A stretch of 44,494 nt of DNA. Source: Chiloscyllium plagiosum. Lineage: Eukaryota. Below the pieces are notes generated by a model. It was not told where the DNA came from. It worked only from the letters and a program-made list of their open reading frames with translations, and searched no databases. Within the stretch, counting starts at the first letter, position 1. Each line of letters starts with the position of its first letter. This document shows, piece after piece, positions 1 to 12,100 of this stretch. Location of the stretch: NCBI RefSeq assembly GCF_004010195.1, contig NC_057719.1, positions 21,621,509 through 21,666,002 on the forward strand, read 5' to 3'. The position numbers and the translations under genes are program-made.

Positions 1-76
1 AACATTAACTAACCTTTTCTCATGTCATTAATACTACATCTAAAATAGCCTGTGCTCTGGTTGATTTCTCAACATA

Positions 77-572
77 TTGCTCCACGCTTGCAGCAATGCG
101 CCGGTACCTAACCTCTCTACAGTCTGCCCTGCCTCAGCTGAGGGCCACACTCTCTCAGAATTGCAAAGGACCCACTCTGTACTACATCCTCAGGAGAATT
201 CATACTCTCAACAAACAGTATTTCAATTCCATCTCAAACATCAAAAACTGTAAGTACAACAAACTTTTATCTACCCACCTCCATAACCAGCGCCCCTCAA
301 ACATTCCAGAAGATTCCCCTGGCCTTGGCATCGACACAAACGCCATTAGCCATGCAGCTGATGCAGCTGCCACCCCCACACAGATTGATGACATCACTTC
401 CGCCCCCATCATGGCCACTCCCACAACCTCTTCCACCCCTCACAATTCCTCATGCATCACACGTGACATCACTTCCGCTCCTCACATCATCACTGATGCC
501 ACATGCTCAGTGACCTCCGCCACCACTACTGCCATGGTCACCACCACTTCAGCCCCCACCAGCGCCTCTCCT
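77..572 (+). mobile_element. Probable 5' ORF fragment of a Penelope-like retroelement (truncated)
   Basis: ORF 96..590 has a basic helical N-terminal segment followed by a T/S/A/P-rich linker, in C-rich DNA unlike the AT-rich flanks. It resembles the region upstream of the RT domain in shark PLEs as I recall it; no RT motif lies inside the fragment. Confidence 0.5.
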
Positions 573-974
573 GCAGTACCCTATATGTAATTATGTACAC
601 ACAATGAAGTACCACTAGTGCCATCCATGTTCCCTCAGAATGTTTTGGCCACCCACTAAGTCCAGGTTATGGTTAGGACTTTGTGCTGAAGTACACACTA
701 AAACATGGGGCAGCCGCTGCAGTGTGTTGTTGATAAGACCACTGTCTGGGGTCTTCCTGCCAAAATTAAATGGGAGTCTATTCAGTTAGCGGACCCTTCT
801 GGTGCCTCAAATGCATTTAAATGTAATCTTGAGAAAGTAAGAGATTTGGTTTGTTTGTTAAAGTCAAACTTCAATGTTTTGTTTCCTTGATACAGAACAG
901 AACTGTAAAACATCTAGAGATATCTTTTATGGATAAAGTATATCTTTGAAATAAAAAAATATTGTGCCTTCTTG

Positions 975-1235
975 AGAAGAAGGGACACCTGGATGAGTTG
1001 ATGATAGGTTGGCATAGAAGTGAGTCAAGCGGATAGACAGAAGGCCACAGGTTAGCATGGAGGGCATGAGTAGCAATGGAAGAATGGTGAGGAGCACAGT
1101 TTGGACTGGAGGGCATGTGGATTAGTAGAGGTTAAAGTTGAGAGGAAAATGGAGCTGAGACCACAACCAGATCAGCAATGAACTTATTGAGGTGGGGAAG
1201 GGTCTATTGGTGTGTTCCTGTTCCTACATTTTATG
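975..1235 (+). mobile_element. Old CR1-type LINE 3' end remnant
   Basis: Degenerate CR1 3' UTR words (gagctgagaccacaaccagatcagcaatgaacttattga ... cctgttccta). Confidence 0.4.
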
Positions 1236-1249
1236 CCCAAATGCATGTT

Positions 1250-1417
1250 GATATGGAGGTTCCAGTATTAGATTGGGATGGGCAAAGTTAAAAATCAGAC
1301 AACACCAGGTTACAGTCCAGCAGATTTAATTGCAAGTGCAAGCTTTTGGAGTGCTCAAATAAAGTTTCAAACTAACCGGCTAGACTATAACCTGGTGTTG
1401 TATGATTTTTGACATTG
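1250..1417. mobile_element. PLE-terminus-derived element with 39-bp inverted arms
   Basis: Arm 1283-1321 matches the reverse complement of 1379-1417 at 34/39 positions. The left part matches the PLE end at 37459-37560. Confidence 0.7.
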
Positions 1418-1466
1418 GGTATATATGTGTCCTTGAGGAATGTGTAGGAAATATAGAGTGGTTCGT

Positions 1467-1779
1467 GGGCGGCACGGTGGTACAGTGGTTAGCATTGCTG
1501 CCTCGCAGCGTCAGAGACCCGGGTTCAATTCCCGCCTCAGGCGACTGACTGTGTGGAGTTTGCACGTTCTCCCCGTGTCTGCGTGGGTATTCTCCGGGTG
1601 CTCCGGTTTCCTCCCACAGTCCAAAGATGTGCAGGTCAGGTGAATTGGCCATGCTGAATTGCCCGTAGTGTTAGGTAAGGGGTAAATGTAGGGGTATGGG
1701 TGGGTTGCGCTTCGGCGGGTCGGTGTGGACTTGTTGGGCCGAAGGGCCTGTTTCCACACTGTAAGTAATCTAATCTAAT
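1467..1779 (+). mobile_element. tRNA-derived V-SINE, HE1-like (shark), full length
   Basis: A box TGGTACAGTGG 1478-1488, B box GGTTCAATTCC 1522-1532, V-domain (tgtgtggagtttgcacgttctccccgtgtctgcgtggg...), CR1-like tail ending in (TAATC)n. Confidence 0.9.
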
Positions 1780-1949
1780 GTGTTGGCATGAATAGTGAAT
1801 GACAAGTGTGGGAAATGAGGGGTTGTTTTTTCTGTTTAATTCTATTTCTTCCACATCGCACTGGGACACTAAGGGAGGTGTTACGCCCAGCACGCTCTCT
1901 CCCTATCCCCATCAGTGTTGATTAGTCTGACCTGTACAATACTGAACCT

Positions 1950-2310
1950 CCACTCTCTCAGGTCAAAGATCTGAAGTTTTGGTTCACTTCCTCCAGGGAC
2001 AGAATTGTGGAGCTGAGAATTATAACCAACTCTGTGCCCATCCAACTAGTGTGCAGGTTCAGTTTGTGCCAATGTGATAGCAGTAGAGTTAAACCTCTTG
2101 TCAGTGATTTTAAAAAAAGAGTTTGCTTTGCTACCAGCTGTAGTTTGCTTATTGGGTCAAAGTTGAATACTCTGAGTTGGGGTTTAACTCCACTACTGCT
2201 ATCCAAGTCGATAAATCTTGCTAGGATGTGTTCTGTATCTTTTTGTTTGTTTTTGGTCCACTTGCAGAAAGATTGAGTTATTACTATATGTTGATAGAAA
2301 TACAAAGTAG
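1950..2310. repeat. Possible degraded LTR-like repeat fragment
   Basis: Composition and words resemble shark solo-LTR sequence; no termini or TSD found. Confidence 0.25.
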
Positions 2311-2927
2311 AAGTCATTGATGACTTATAGAAAGGTTATAAAGAATGAAATATGTTTTGAATTTACAGTTGGATAAACATTAACTTGCATTCAAAATCAA
2401 TACAGATTTCGGTTCAAAATATGAGGTTGTGGCCAGTGCAAATCCCTAGCAAGTCAATTGTGCCTGTTAATTTAAAAATACATGCTGGCGAATAGCTGTT
2501 GGATAGCACTAGATGATGACGAGGGATCCAATCCCTGATGTCAAAGTGTTTGGAAGCAGCCTCTTACTTTCTTCAATAAAGATAGTTCCTTTTGAACTCT
2601 CTTTTTCTGTAGAGGTGTACATACACCGAATATATTTCACATTATTGTGAACCTAGGCCAGGAAGGGGAATGAGATGTCTTTGAACTTCTTCAGAATTCC
2701 CCAGCTCTAATATCCCAAGCAGGAATATTCTGTGTGGTTATTATTCATCAGATCCAGCGAACAGTCTATTTTCCAATAGCTTTCCAATGCAGGTTGAGCT
2801 ATAGTTGTGTCGACAATAACAAAGTGAATCAGGTTGTCTTGGAGGTATCTGTACAGTTCCACTCTCCATGTTGACCAGTACATGAATAGTTTATTCATTT
2901 CAAAATTGCAACTAGTTTATTCATTTA

Positions 2928-2968
2928 TCTTTGTCCACCCCAGTCCAACACCTGCACCTCCGAATCAT
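2928..2968 (+). mobile_element. Short PLE terminal fragment
   Basis: tttgtccaccccagtccaacacctgcacctcc is the reverse complement of the start of the elements at ~1255 and ~37465. Confidence 0.6.
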
Positions 2969-3139
2969 TTCAAAACCTTTGCATTTTCTGAAGTTAACTA
3001 TGGAGTATATTAGTGAGTGGAGTAGGAGAGGGGGGGCTGTGGGTGGGTAGTGGGTTGGGGCTTTTCTTCAAAATCCTTGCCAATGTTTATCTTTATATAG
3101 TCATTGCTTAAGGAAGAAAAAGATCACAATCATGTTTCC

Positions 3140-3285
3140 CTTTGTGAGAGCTTGCTGTGTGCAAATTACCTGCTGTGTATCTGACATTACATCAGTGACT
3201 GCACTTCACAAACACTTCACTGGCTGTGAAGTGCTTTGGGATGACTTGAGGTTATGAAAGTTATTTCTGTAAATACAAATTTGTT
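3140..3285 (+). mobile_element. DeuSINE (SacSINE1/AmnSINE-like) 3' fragment
   Basis: gcttgctgtgtgcaaatt...acattacatcagtgactgcacttca...ggctgtgaagtgctttgggatg...gaaag matches the known DeuSINE 3' region. Confidence 0.7.
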
Positions 3286-3974
3286 ATTTCATTCAGCTTT
3301 CCCCTTGTTTCAGAACATTCCCCTTGAGTGGGAGGATGTTCCATAGTTTGTATCCATATCATTGGAATATTATAAAATTAAGCAATAGGATGACCGCAAG
3401 AGACATACACTGTCCAGAAAATGATCGTAAATAAGATCTGGTTATCTCAGTGTTCCTTTCTATAGCAAAGAAAATTGCAAAATGTTGAAGAGCTGGTGTG
3501 AACCAAGATAATTTACAAGTTGCGCCATAGTCGGCAAGGACACATCACATACCATCTGGATTTTATAGATTTACAGCAGATTTATTTAGTGATGGTACAG
3601 GCCTGGACATGAACTTTAAGACATGTGGCTTTCAGGCTAGTCAACAAACTCCTGCTTTATTCTCTATTACTCAATGTGCTTGAAGAGCACTGGATGTGGC
3701 AATGCACACCACATGAAATTTGGGAAGTGTAATCTGGTTGAGAGGCTTGACTGCCCTGTTGTGATCACAATCGTGGCAATGACAGGTGGTGTAATAACCG
3801 ACAGAGCCATTGGGCATTGCAAGAATCCTGGCTGACTGGCACGCTGCTGCTTCATTTAGTTACTCACCAGGTCTCAAATAATACATTTTGGGAATGTAAA
3901 CTTGCAAAATGCTCATGGGTTTAAAGACTTCAGATAAAATACAAATCATTGAAAACAAAACAAAAGCATCTTGA

Positions 3975-4146
3975 AGAGACAACAGAGTTAACTTTTTTCA
4001 GTTCAGTGACCCTGCTCAAGTCAGAACTGGACTTCAAATTTTACCTCTGCTTTCTCTTCACAGATAATACCAGACCTGCTGAGTTTCTCCAGCGATTTCT
4101 ATTTTATTTGGTTCAGATCTCCAGCATCCACAGTTCTTTGTTTTGT
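3975..4146 (+). mobile_element. Degraded short PLE-derived element
   Basis: Tail cacagat..ccagacctgctgagtttctccagc...tccagcatccacagttctttg is related to the tails at 19150-19239 and 24110-24165, and there is an inverted 5' piece. Confidence 0.6.
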
Positions 4147-4857
4147 AATATAAAAACTTATCAGCCATATCTCTTCTCCTGCTTTGGAATGCATTTGCCT
4201 TCAGAGAAATGTTCATAGGGTTCAGTCGAGAAGGATATGATTTGGGCCATCATCATTTTAGTCCGACAGCGTTTTTTTCTCTTCAAGCACTTAGCAAACT
4301 CCTTCTTGAAATCCATGATTGAATCTGTTTCCACTATAATAAAAAGTTTGTTACTGGCCTTTCTGGATATGGTTAGTAAGTAATTTTCCTTTCATCATTA
4401 GAATCATTACATACTTGGTTTCATTAATGCAATAACGAACTGAATTAGTGTGATTTTAAAATTCCAAAAAACTCTACGCAGAAAACAAATGTATGATGTT
4501 TTCTGTGAACAGAGAATTGTACGATGGCATCAATACGTGCAAATAATCTCTGACCAAATCAAGCTAAAGAAGTACATTGTGTGATGAAAGGGACTGGAGA
4601 AAAATGCATCAGTGACACCAGCATTGTAAGCAGAACCTTAGTTTTTTGGGCTAAGTTGAGTTTGGCAGAATGAAACCCGCTATGAGGCTGGGCAAGCTTT
4701 CTCACAGCATCTTACCAAACCTGCTGCTTCAAATGCCATTGCCAACCCAATGATGAGTATCATGTCATATGACCATCCCATTTACCATGCGCTGACATCT
4801 GACATCTGCCCACTCATGACTGGTGCCTGGTCAGAGATATCTGACCAGAGCCAATAA

Positions 4858-4934
4858 GCACCAGGATTCTCTGACAGGGTCTGGTTGATGGGTTGGTACA
4901 CGGGAGGTCTGTCCTCTTCCCAGAGGACAAACAG
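4858..4934 (+). mobile_element. Harbinger-type Myb/SANT ORF remnant (N-terminal helices)
   Basis: Translates APGFSDR, then a frameshift, then LVDGLVHGRSVLFPEDKQ, resembling the Myb/SANT-like pattern (A/K)PRFSxxELExLVxxVxxRRxVLF. Confidence 0.5.
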
Positions 4935-6139
4935 CATGGTGTCAACGCACATTCAGATAGACACAGTCAAGGAACAAAACATTGAAATGTGTAAAGGGTG
5001 ACAAGGATTACTAGGAAGGCAGTTTGGTTGTCCGTGTTCACAGACTTCACTGGCATGATCTTTTTGACTTCTCAGGAAATGTTTCCCTTTGATTTTCCTT
5101 CTTCAGATACTTTCACTCTCTTGTATAAGTTACAGGGTGACAATAAAAAGTTTCTGGCCCAGTGGCTAAAAGCTCGGGGGAAAATAAACTGGCTTTCTTT
5201 GGGCTTAATGTGTTTTTTCACAGCAAAACAGAAACAGCTCCTTCTCCTTCAGAGGACCAATGGTTCCTGCCTAAGCATTCATAACATCAAGCTGTTCAGA
5301 GATAAAGGGAGCAGCTCTAATAGTCAGCCCAATCCACACTGCGAACTGGGTGCCTCTCCCTGTTTGGCTTCAATGCACCCAAGTGGATGGTCCGTGGTGT
5401 GGCCTGCTTCACAAGTGTGAGATTGCAGAGTGCCAGGGCATAATATAAATGTGAGGATGGTGGTGATGGTTCCCTGAAAGCCGGGTGCAGTGTCCATTGT
5501 GAAAACATGTGTGTGGCGGTAATCATGGGTTGTGCTGTGCTCTACTATTTGGCCGTAGACAACATGAAGATCCATTTGGAGCAAGCAGCAAAATAAACCC
5601 ACCAGTTAGCCGCTCTGATTTCTGTGCTTTCCTGATAGCTAGTTTGAATGGTATGTCTGGCAAGATTGCAACCTGCAGTGACGAGTCATTAACAAGATGC
5701 TTAACAAGCAACAAAGAGTGCCAATTGACAGCATGTTAATCCTTATAGAGAATGTCACCATGTTGTTTGACCAAAGGAAGGAACTTGGAACGAGATGATC
5801 TTACAGTCAAGACGACCATCTCAGCTGATTCTACCACCCATTTCAACATAGCCCATGCCTTCCATTTGCTTATAAGATTCGCCCCTATGACTTAGTAATC
5901 AGATATAAATATAATGAAGTGGGAAGCACAAACAGGTTTTTGAACAAGACCTGCCTATAATTATATGACACAAAACAAAGACTGCTGTATGAATAGAATT
6001 GAAATGAAAAGAGAAACATGAGGCAAGAGAAAGAAAGTTTGATGAGCCAATGTATGGACAAATGTAGCAGTATGAATGGAAATTTGGTGTACTGACAGGA
6101 AGTAAAGGCTTAGACTTAATACGCAAATTGGAAAACTCA

Positions 6140-6420
6140 GAGATCAGTATTGGGCTCAAATTTATTCTTGGCAAACATAGATGGCATGGATTTGTGTAAG
6201 GGTATCATAATATTACAATTTGTCAACCATAGAAAAGTAGATGTTTGATAAAGACCAAGAAAAGACTAAAATAGACTTCAAAATAATGTTCAGAGTGAGC
6301 AAAATAAACAGAAATTTTACATGTGTAATTTAATGTAAAGAAATCTGAGATAGTGCAGTTTTGAAAGAAAAACAATAAATGGAAAATACATCAAATGGAA
6401 AGTCTTGAAAGGATGTGGCT
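6140..6420 (+). mobile_element. Very old CR1 RT remnant
   Basis: Decayed equivalents of QHGF..G.SCLTNL (atggcatggatttgtgtaaggg) and FN..KCEV.HFG (tttaatgtaaagaaatctgagatagtgcagttttg). Confidence 0.4.
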
Positions 6421-6914
6421 AAATAGAGTCTGCCTTGATCCCCAAATTAAAAGGATTGAAATTACTGAATGACTCCAACAGGAAAACCGAAGGACAATAT
6501 TTCATTTTTATAACTTTTACTTTAAAAAATCAAACCAAAATCAACAGGCCATTTGTGGCCAATATCAATCATAAATTCAGCATTAAATAGCAGAATCAGC
6601 AAGAGTTCTCAGAGATTTACTGGACCGTCCACTGAGCACATACAATGTTAATTTCAGCCACAAAGTTGTTGAAAGTTTGAATTCCCTCAGTTAGAATTCC
6701 ATATCCTTTTCTTCAAGGATATAGCAATGGATCCTCATCTGACAGCAGCTCCCAACAAACGCAAGGTCCACAGTTGTGGTCACAGCCTTCATCAAAATTG
6801 TACCATTCTGCACAATTGTGCAGATTAGCGTTCTTTGCATTTACTGTATATCGTTGCATTGTCCATAAAGAGGTAGGATCGAATTAGCTAATTGCATGTG
6901 GCAAAGAATAGGCA

Positions 6915-7010
6915 AAAGTGAGGACTGCAAATGCTGGAAACCAGAGTTTAGATCAAAGTGATTCCTGATGATGGGCTTTTGCCCAAAATGTCGATTTTCC
7001 TGCTCCTCGG
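6915..7010 (+). mobile_element. Short PLE-derived element: inverted 5' piece plus mutated HHR motif
   Basis: CTGATGA(6965)-TGGGC TTTT GCCC-AAAATGTC; the conserved GAAA has become AAAA. It is preceded by an inverted tail fragment (aaagtgaggactgcaaatgctgg). Confidence 0.7.
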
Positions 7011-7170
7011 ATAGAACATAGAACATAGAACATAGAACAATACAGCACAGAAGAGGCCCTTCGGCCCACGATGTTGTGCCGAACATTTGTCCTAGCTTAA
7101 GCACCTATCCATGTACCTATCCAATTGCCGCTTAAAGGTTACCAATGATTCTAACTCTGCCACTCCCACA
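7009..7170 (-). mobile_element. CR1 LINE 3' end with (ATAGAAC)n tandem tail
   Basis: About four tandem atagaac units followed by aatacagcacagaagaggcccttcggcccac, a typical antisense CR1 3' UTR. Confidence 0.75.
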
Positions 7171-7544
7171 GGGATGTGGCATAGAATGTCCTAGTGATAC
7201 CATGTTGACAGTTGCACGAGAATATCAGGTTTGTTTCTGTCTTCTACCAAGCTGCATAATGTTTGAACTAAACAAAGAGCTCTCATCTTTCCAATGCTAA
7301 AATGCAATTATTTAAAACAATTTGTAACCAGAAGACAACTAGAATTCATAACAACATGGATTCCTCAGAATCATTTTTATCTGACATTCAACATAACTAC
7401 TGTGCAAAGTGTGGCCAATTCTGTCAATCTGTTCCTTTAAAATAGTTGACTCGCAGTGACTGTAAACAGATTTTCTCTTACCTCTGATACCAGATTCAGC
7501 CTTCCGATTCAACTGTTGTACCTCAACCACCTAAAGGTATAAGG

Positions 7545-8000
7545 CAAGAGCGATCCATTTATTCCCTCAACCCTGCTCAATATTCAACAAAATTCTAGCT
7601 AATTTGATGGTGGCCTTGACTTGACTTTCCTAACCATAGCTCCACCCAGCCTCTAACCTTTAGGTGCCTCAGGTCATTCAAAAACCTGTCTAAATTTGCC
7701 TTAAGTATATTTAATGACCCAGCATCCTCATGTCCAACTTAACAGGGAGATCCCTGATATCTAAACTGTGGCTCCCAGTTCTACATTCCCCAACAGAAAA
7801 AACATTCTTTCAGTATTTATCGTATCAAGTCTCCTTAAAGTTTGCATATTTTGATAATACCATTTCTCATTCATTTACTGCAATAAGTCTTGGCCTAACC
7901 TGCCTAACTATTTTTCATAAGAAAAAAAAACACATCTTTGGAATCAACCTACTGAACTTCCTCCTAACTGACTCTAATGTGATATCTCTCTCCGAGGTTA
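7545..8000 (-). mobile_element. Old CR1 LINE 3' region
   Basis: Antisense CR1 3' ORF/UTR words (ccattt..ccctcaaccctgctc...; aaactgtggctcccagttcta; tggaatcaacctactgaac). Confidence 0.5.
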
Positions 8001-8239
8001 TCAGATAGTGGTTAAACATAGCTATCAACATTCAATTTTCATCTTTTACCTGGGTCTTTCATGGACTGAAATTATTTCAAAGAAAAAAAAAACTGATTCA
8101 AAAATGGCTTCAGGTTGAGCCAAGTTCATGAAACCACCTACAAATAAAATCTGTCTAAACAAAAAATAATGTGTTATTGAAGAAAGCAGTCAAACACTTC
8201 TTCAAGTTCTCTTTGGTATACACCTCTATGGAAAGATCT

Positions 8240-8840
8240 CATGTTTGAGATAAAAATAAATGCCGACATTTATTCAGCTTGGAGTCAAAGAACACAGACA
8301 TGTGATATACAAATGAGCTGTATTTCAAACAGTTGCTTTGGCAGACTGGAGTGAGTTTCATTGAGAACTGGAACTTGAAAAGTCTTTCTGTTTCTCCCTG
8401 CTTTCTCTTAGTCTCTTGAGGGACAATGCATCTGTGATAACAAAGTGGAGAGAAACCCCAGATCATTGAAAACTGAAAGATATCTATAATATTCATAACT
8501 TCTGTTGATCCACAAATCCCATATCAACTGCGATTTCAGGTTAAAATCTAATACCTCAAGAGCATCTCTTTTTGTTTTCTTTTAACCTGGACTTGTATGC
8601 ATGTGTTGTTAGACCATCATTATCTTTCCTTGGATTGTCAGTAATAAAATTGCTCTTTCTTTCACTCAAAGAAACCTTGCAATTGTTTCCATAATTATTT
8701 CTGGTGAACCAGTTCGCTATATTTTTATTGAAATGGATTGTAGCCTAATGCTAAACAAAAATGACCAAATGTTTGTTATGAGTAGCCAAGAAGGTTGAAA
8801 AGAGGGGAGTCAGTTTGTCCCCACTCACTTTGTCGGAATG
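8240..8840 (+). repeat. Solo-LTR-like repeat
   Basis: About 600-bp block with AATAAA at 8643 followed by ttgctctttctttcactcaaagaaacc, and an end resembling shark LTR U5; termini and TSD are not clear. Confidence 0.35.
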
Positions 8841-9101
8841 AAGAAATCTGTATACAGTACTCTACACGTGGTCTCACCAGTACTCTGCACGGTCGAACCT
8901 TGCCACATGGGACAGTTTTCACACCACTCACTTCCAACTACTGCATGGCAGGTGCCATTAAGCCAAGGACTAGGTCTGGTACAGACAATTATCACGGATG
9001 CATGTGGTCCCTAAACACTGGCTGCCTGGCCTCTTCTAACATACACTTTCCTCTCATAGAGTCACAGAGATGTACAGCATGGAAACAGACCCTCCAGTCC
9101 A

Positions 9102-12100
9102 GGATCATGAAGATAGCATTACCAAGGGGAAGAGTAGGCAGAGAGCAGATGAACACAAAAGAACTGGCTGCCTGAAATGCATATACTTTAATGTAAGGAG
9201 TGTAGTGGGTCAGGCAGATGAACTTAGGGCTTGGATTGGTGCCTGGTAGTATGACGTTATTGCGATCACAGAGACTTGGTTGAAGAACAAGCATGATTGA
9301 CAACTAAATGTTCCAGGATATAGATATTTCAGACAGGACAGGAAGGGAAGTAAAAGGGGAAGGGGAGTAACATTGCTGGTCAGGGATGATATCATGGCTG
9401 TGCTAAAGGAGGATACTGTGGAGAGCTTGAGCAGTGAGGCATTTTGGGTGGAGCTGAGAAATAAAAAGGGTGCAGTTACATTGGTGTGGCTGTATTACAG
9501 GCCTCTCAACAGTGAACATGAGTTAGAAGAACAAATAGGTAAACAGATTATGGAAAGATATAGAGGCAATAGGGTGGTGGTGATGGGAGATACTAATTTT
9601 CCCAACAATGACTGGGATACACGTAGTGCCAGAGGTCTGGATGGGGCAGAATTTGTAAGGAGTATCCAGGAAAGTTTTCTAGAGCAGTATGTCAATAGTC
9701 CAACAAGGGAAGGGGCCACATTGGACCTGCCAGGGTTGGAGGATTTGAGCTATAGGGAGAGGCTGAAAAGGCTGGGGCTGTTTTTCCTGGATCGTCGGAA
9801 GTTGAGGGGTGACTTTATAGAGGTTTACAAAATTATGAGGGGCATGGATAGGACAAATAGACAAAGTTTTGTCCCTGAGGTGGGGGAGTCCAGAACTAGA
9901 GGGCATAGGTTTAGGGTGAGAGGGGAAAGATATAAAAGAGACCTAAGGGATAGCTTTTTCACACAGAGGGTAGTATGTGTATGGAATGAGCTGCTAGAGG
10001 AAGTGGTGGAGGTTAGTACAATTGCAACATTTAAAAGATATTTGGATGGGTATATGAATAGGAAGGGTTTGGAGGGATATCGGCCGGGTGCTGGCAGGTG
10101 GAACTAGATTGGTTTGGGATATCTGGTCGGCATGGACGGGTTGAACCAAAGGGTCTATTTCTGTGCTGTACATCTCTATGACTCAATGACTCTATGGTGT
10201 TAGGGAGTGAGCCAGGCCAGGTGGTACAAATTGAAGTGGGGGATTTCTTTGGGAATAGTGACCACATTTCTGTAAGTTTTAGAATACTCGTAGACAAAGG
10301 TGAGAGTGGTCCTAAGGGACGAGTGCTAACCTGGGCCAAGGCGAATAATATCAAAATTCGGCAGCAGTTGGGAAATGTGGATTAGACACAGCCATTTGAA
10401 GGAAGGTCCACATTTGATGTGTGGAAGGCTTTCAACGATAGGTTGAAGATAGTGCAGGATAGGCATGTCCCTTTGAAAACCAGGGATAGGAAAGGAAAGA
10501 TTCGTGAACCATGGTTGACAGGAGAAATCGTACGACAAGCCAAGAGGAAAAGGGAAGTGTACATAAGGTCCAGGCATTGGAGGAATATCGGGAGAGTAGG
10601 ACCAATCCTAACCGAGAAACCAATGGGCTAAAAAGGGTCATGAAGTAACTTTAGTGAGCAGAATTAAGGAGAATCCCAAGGCCATTTATTCATATATAAG
10701 AAGCAAGAAGGTAACTAGAGAAAGTGTTGGTCCACTAAAGGATAAGGAAGGAAGGTTGTATATTGCACCTGAGAAAATGGGTAAGATTCTCAATGATTAC
10801 ATTGCATCAGTGATCACTCAGGAATGGGAAGTGATAAATGCTGAGATTAGAGATAGACGTTTGTTTACTCTGTATCACATTGACATAAGGAGGGAAGATG
10901 TGTTGGGTAGGCGAAAGGATATTGAGGTGGACAAATCCCCAGGACTGGATGGGATCTAGCCCAGGTTGCTGAAGGAGGTGAGAGAGAAAATAGCTGGTGC
11001 CCTGACAGATATCTTTGTAGCATCCTTAAATACAGGTGAGGTGCCGGAGGACTGGAGGGTTGTTCATGTTGTCTCCCTGTAGACGAAGGGTAGTAGGAAT
11101 ATTCCAGGTAACTACAGACCAGTGAGCCTGACATCAGTGGTGGGAAAGTTGCTGGAGGAGGTACTGAGGGATAAAATCTATTTATATTTGGAAAAGAATG
11201 GGCTTATCAGTGATAGGCAACATGGTTTTGTATGGGGCAGATCATGCCTTACCAACGTAATAGAATTCTTTGAGGAAGTGACCAAGTTGATAGATGAAGG
11301 AAGGGCTGTAGATGTCATACACGTGGACTTTAGTAAGGTGTTTGATAAGGTTCCCCATGGTAAACTAATGGAAAAAGTGAAGTCACATGGTGTGCAGGGT
11401 GTTCTAGCTAGGTGAGTAACAAACTGGTTGAGCAAGAGGAGACAGAGAGTAGTAGTTGAAGGGAGTTTCTTGAAATGGAGAAAGGTGACCATTGGTGTTC
11501 CACAGGGATCAGTGCTGTTGTTTGTGATATACATAAATGATCTGGAAGAGGGCATTGTTAGTCTGATCAGTAAATTTGCAGATGACACAAAGATTTGTAG
11601 AGTAGCAGAAAGCATAGGGAACTGTCAAAGAATACAGGAGGATATAGATAGATTGGAGAGTCAGCGGAGAAGTGGCAGATGGCTTTCAATTCAGGCAAAT
11701 GTGAGGTGATGCATTTTGGTAGTCTAATTCTAGATAGAACTATACTGTAAACTGAAGAGCCTTGGGAAAATTTGATGAGCAGAGAGATCTGGGCGTTCAG
11801 ATCCATTGTACCCTGAAGTGGCTGCACAGGTGGATAGAGTGGTCAAGAAGGCATATAGTATGCTTGCCTTCGTTGGACAGGGGCATTGATTATAAGAGCT
11901 GGCAGGTCATGTTAAAATTGTGCAAGACTTTGGTTCGGCCTCATTTAGAATACTGTGTACTGTTCTGGTCGCTATATTACCAAAAGGATGTAGATGCTTT
12001 GGAGAGGGTGCAGAGAAGATTTACAAGGATGTTGCCTGGTCTGGAAGGTGCTAGCTATGAAGAGAGGTTGAGTAGGTTAGGATTGTTTTCATTAGTTAAA

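Noticed and set aside
96..590. 164-aa T/S/P-rich ORF as a mucin-like host gene
   Set aside because: No signal peptide or splice context; better explained as a truncated retroelement ORF with a low-complexity linker.
1467..1540. tRNA gene
   Set aside because: The A and B boxes continue directly into a V-domain and LINE-like tail, so this is a SINE head.
3466..3495. 30-nt plus-strand micro-exon QRKLQNVEEL
   Set aside because: The acceptor is good but the donor (gtgtga) is weak, and the peptide is unrecognised; such matches are expected by chance.
5603..5672. 70-nt minus-strand exon within ORF 5523..5714
   Set aside because: Mediocre polypyrimidine tract, no recognisable protein, and its phase does not reconcile the neighbouring candidates.
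8050..8065. 16-nt minus-strand micro-exon
   Set aside because: Splice-like sites are present, but it is too short to assess and no frame is compatible with the 49-nt candidate.
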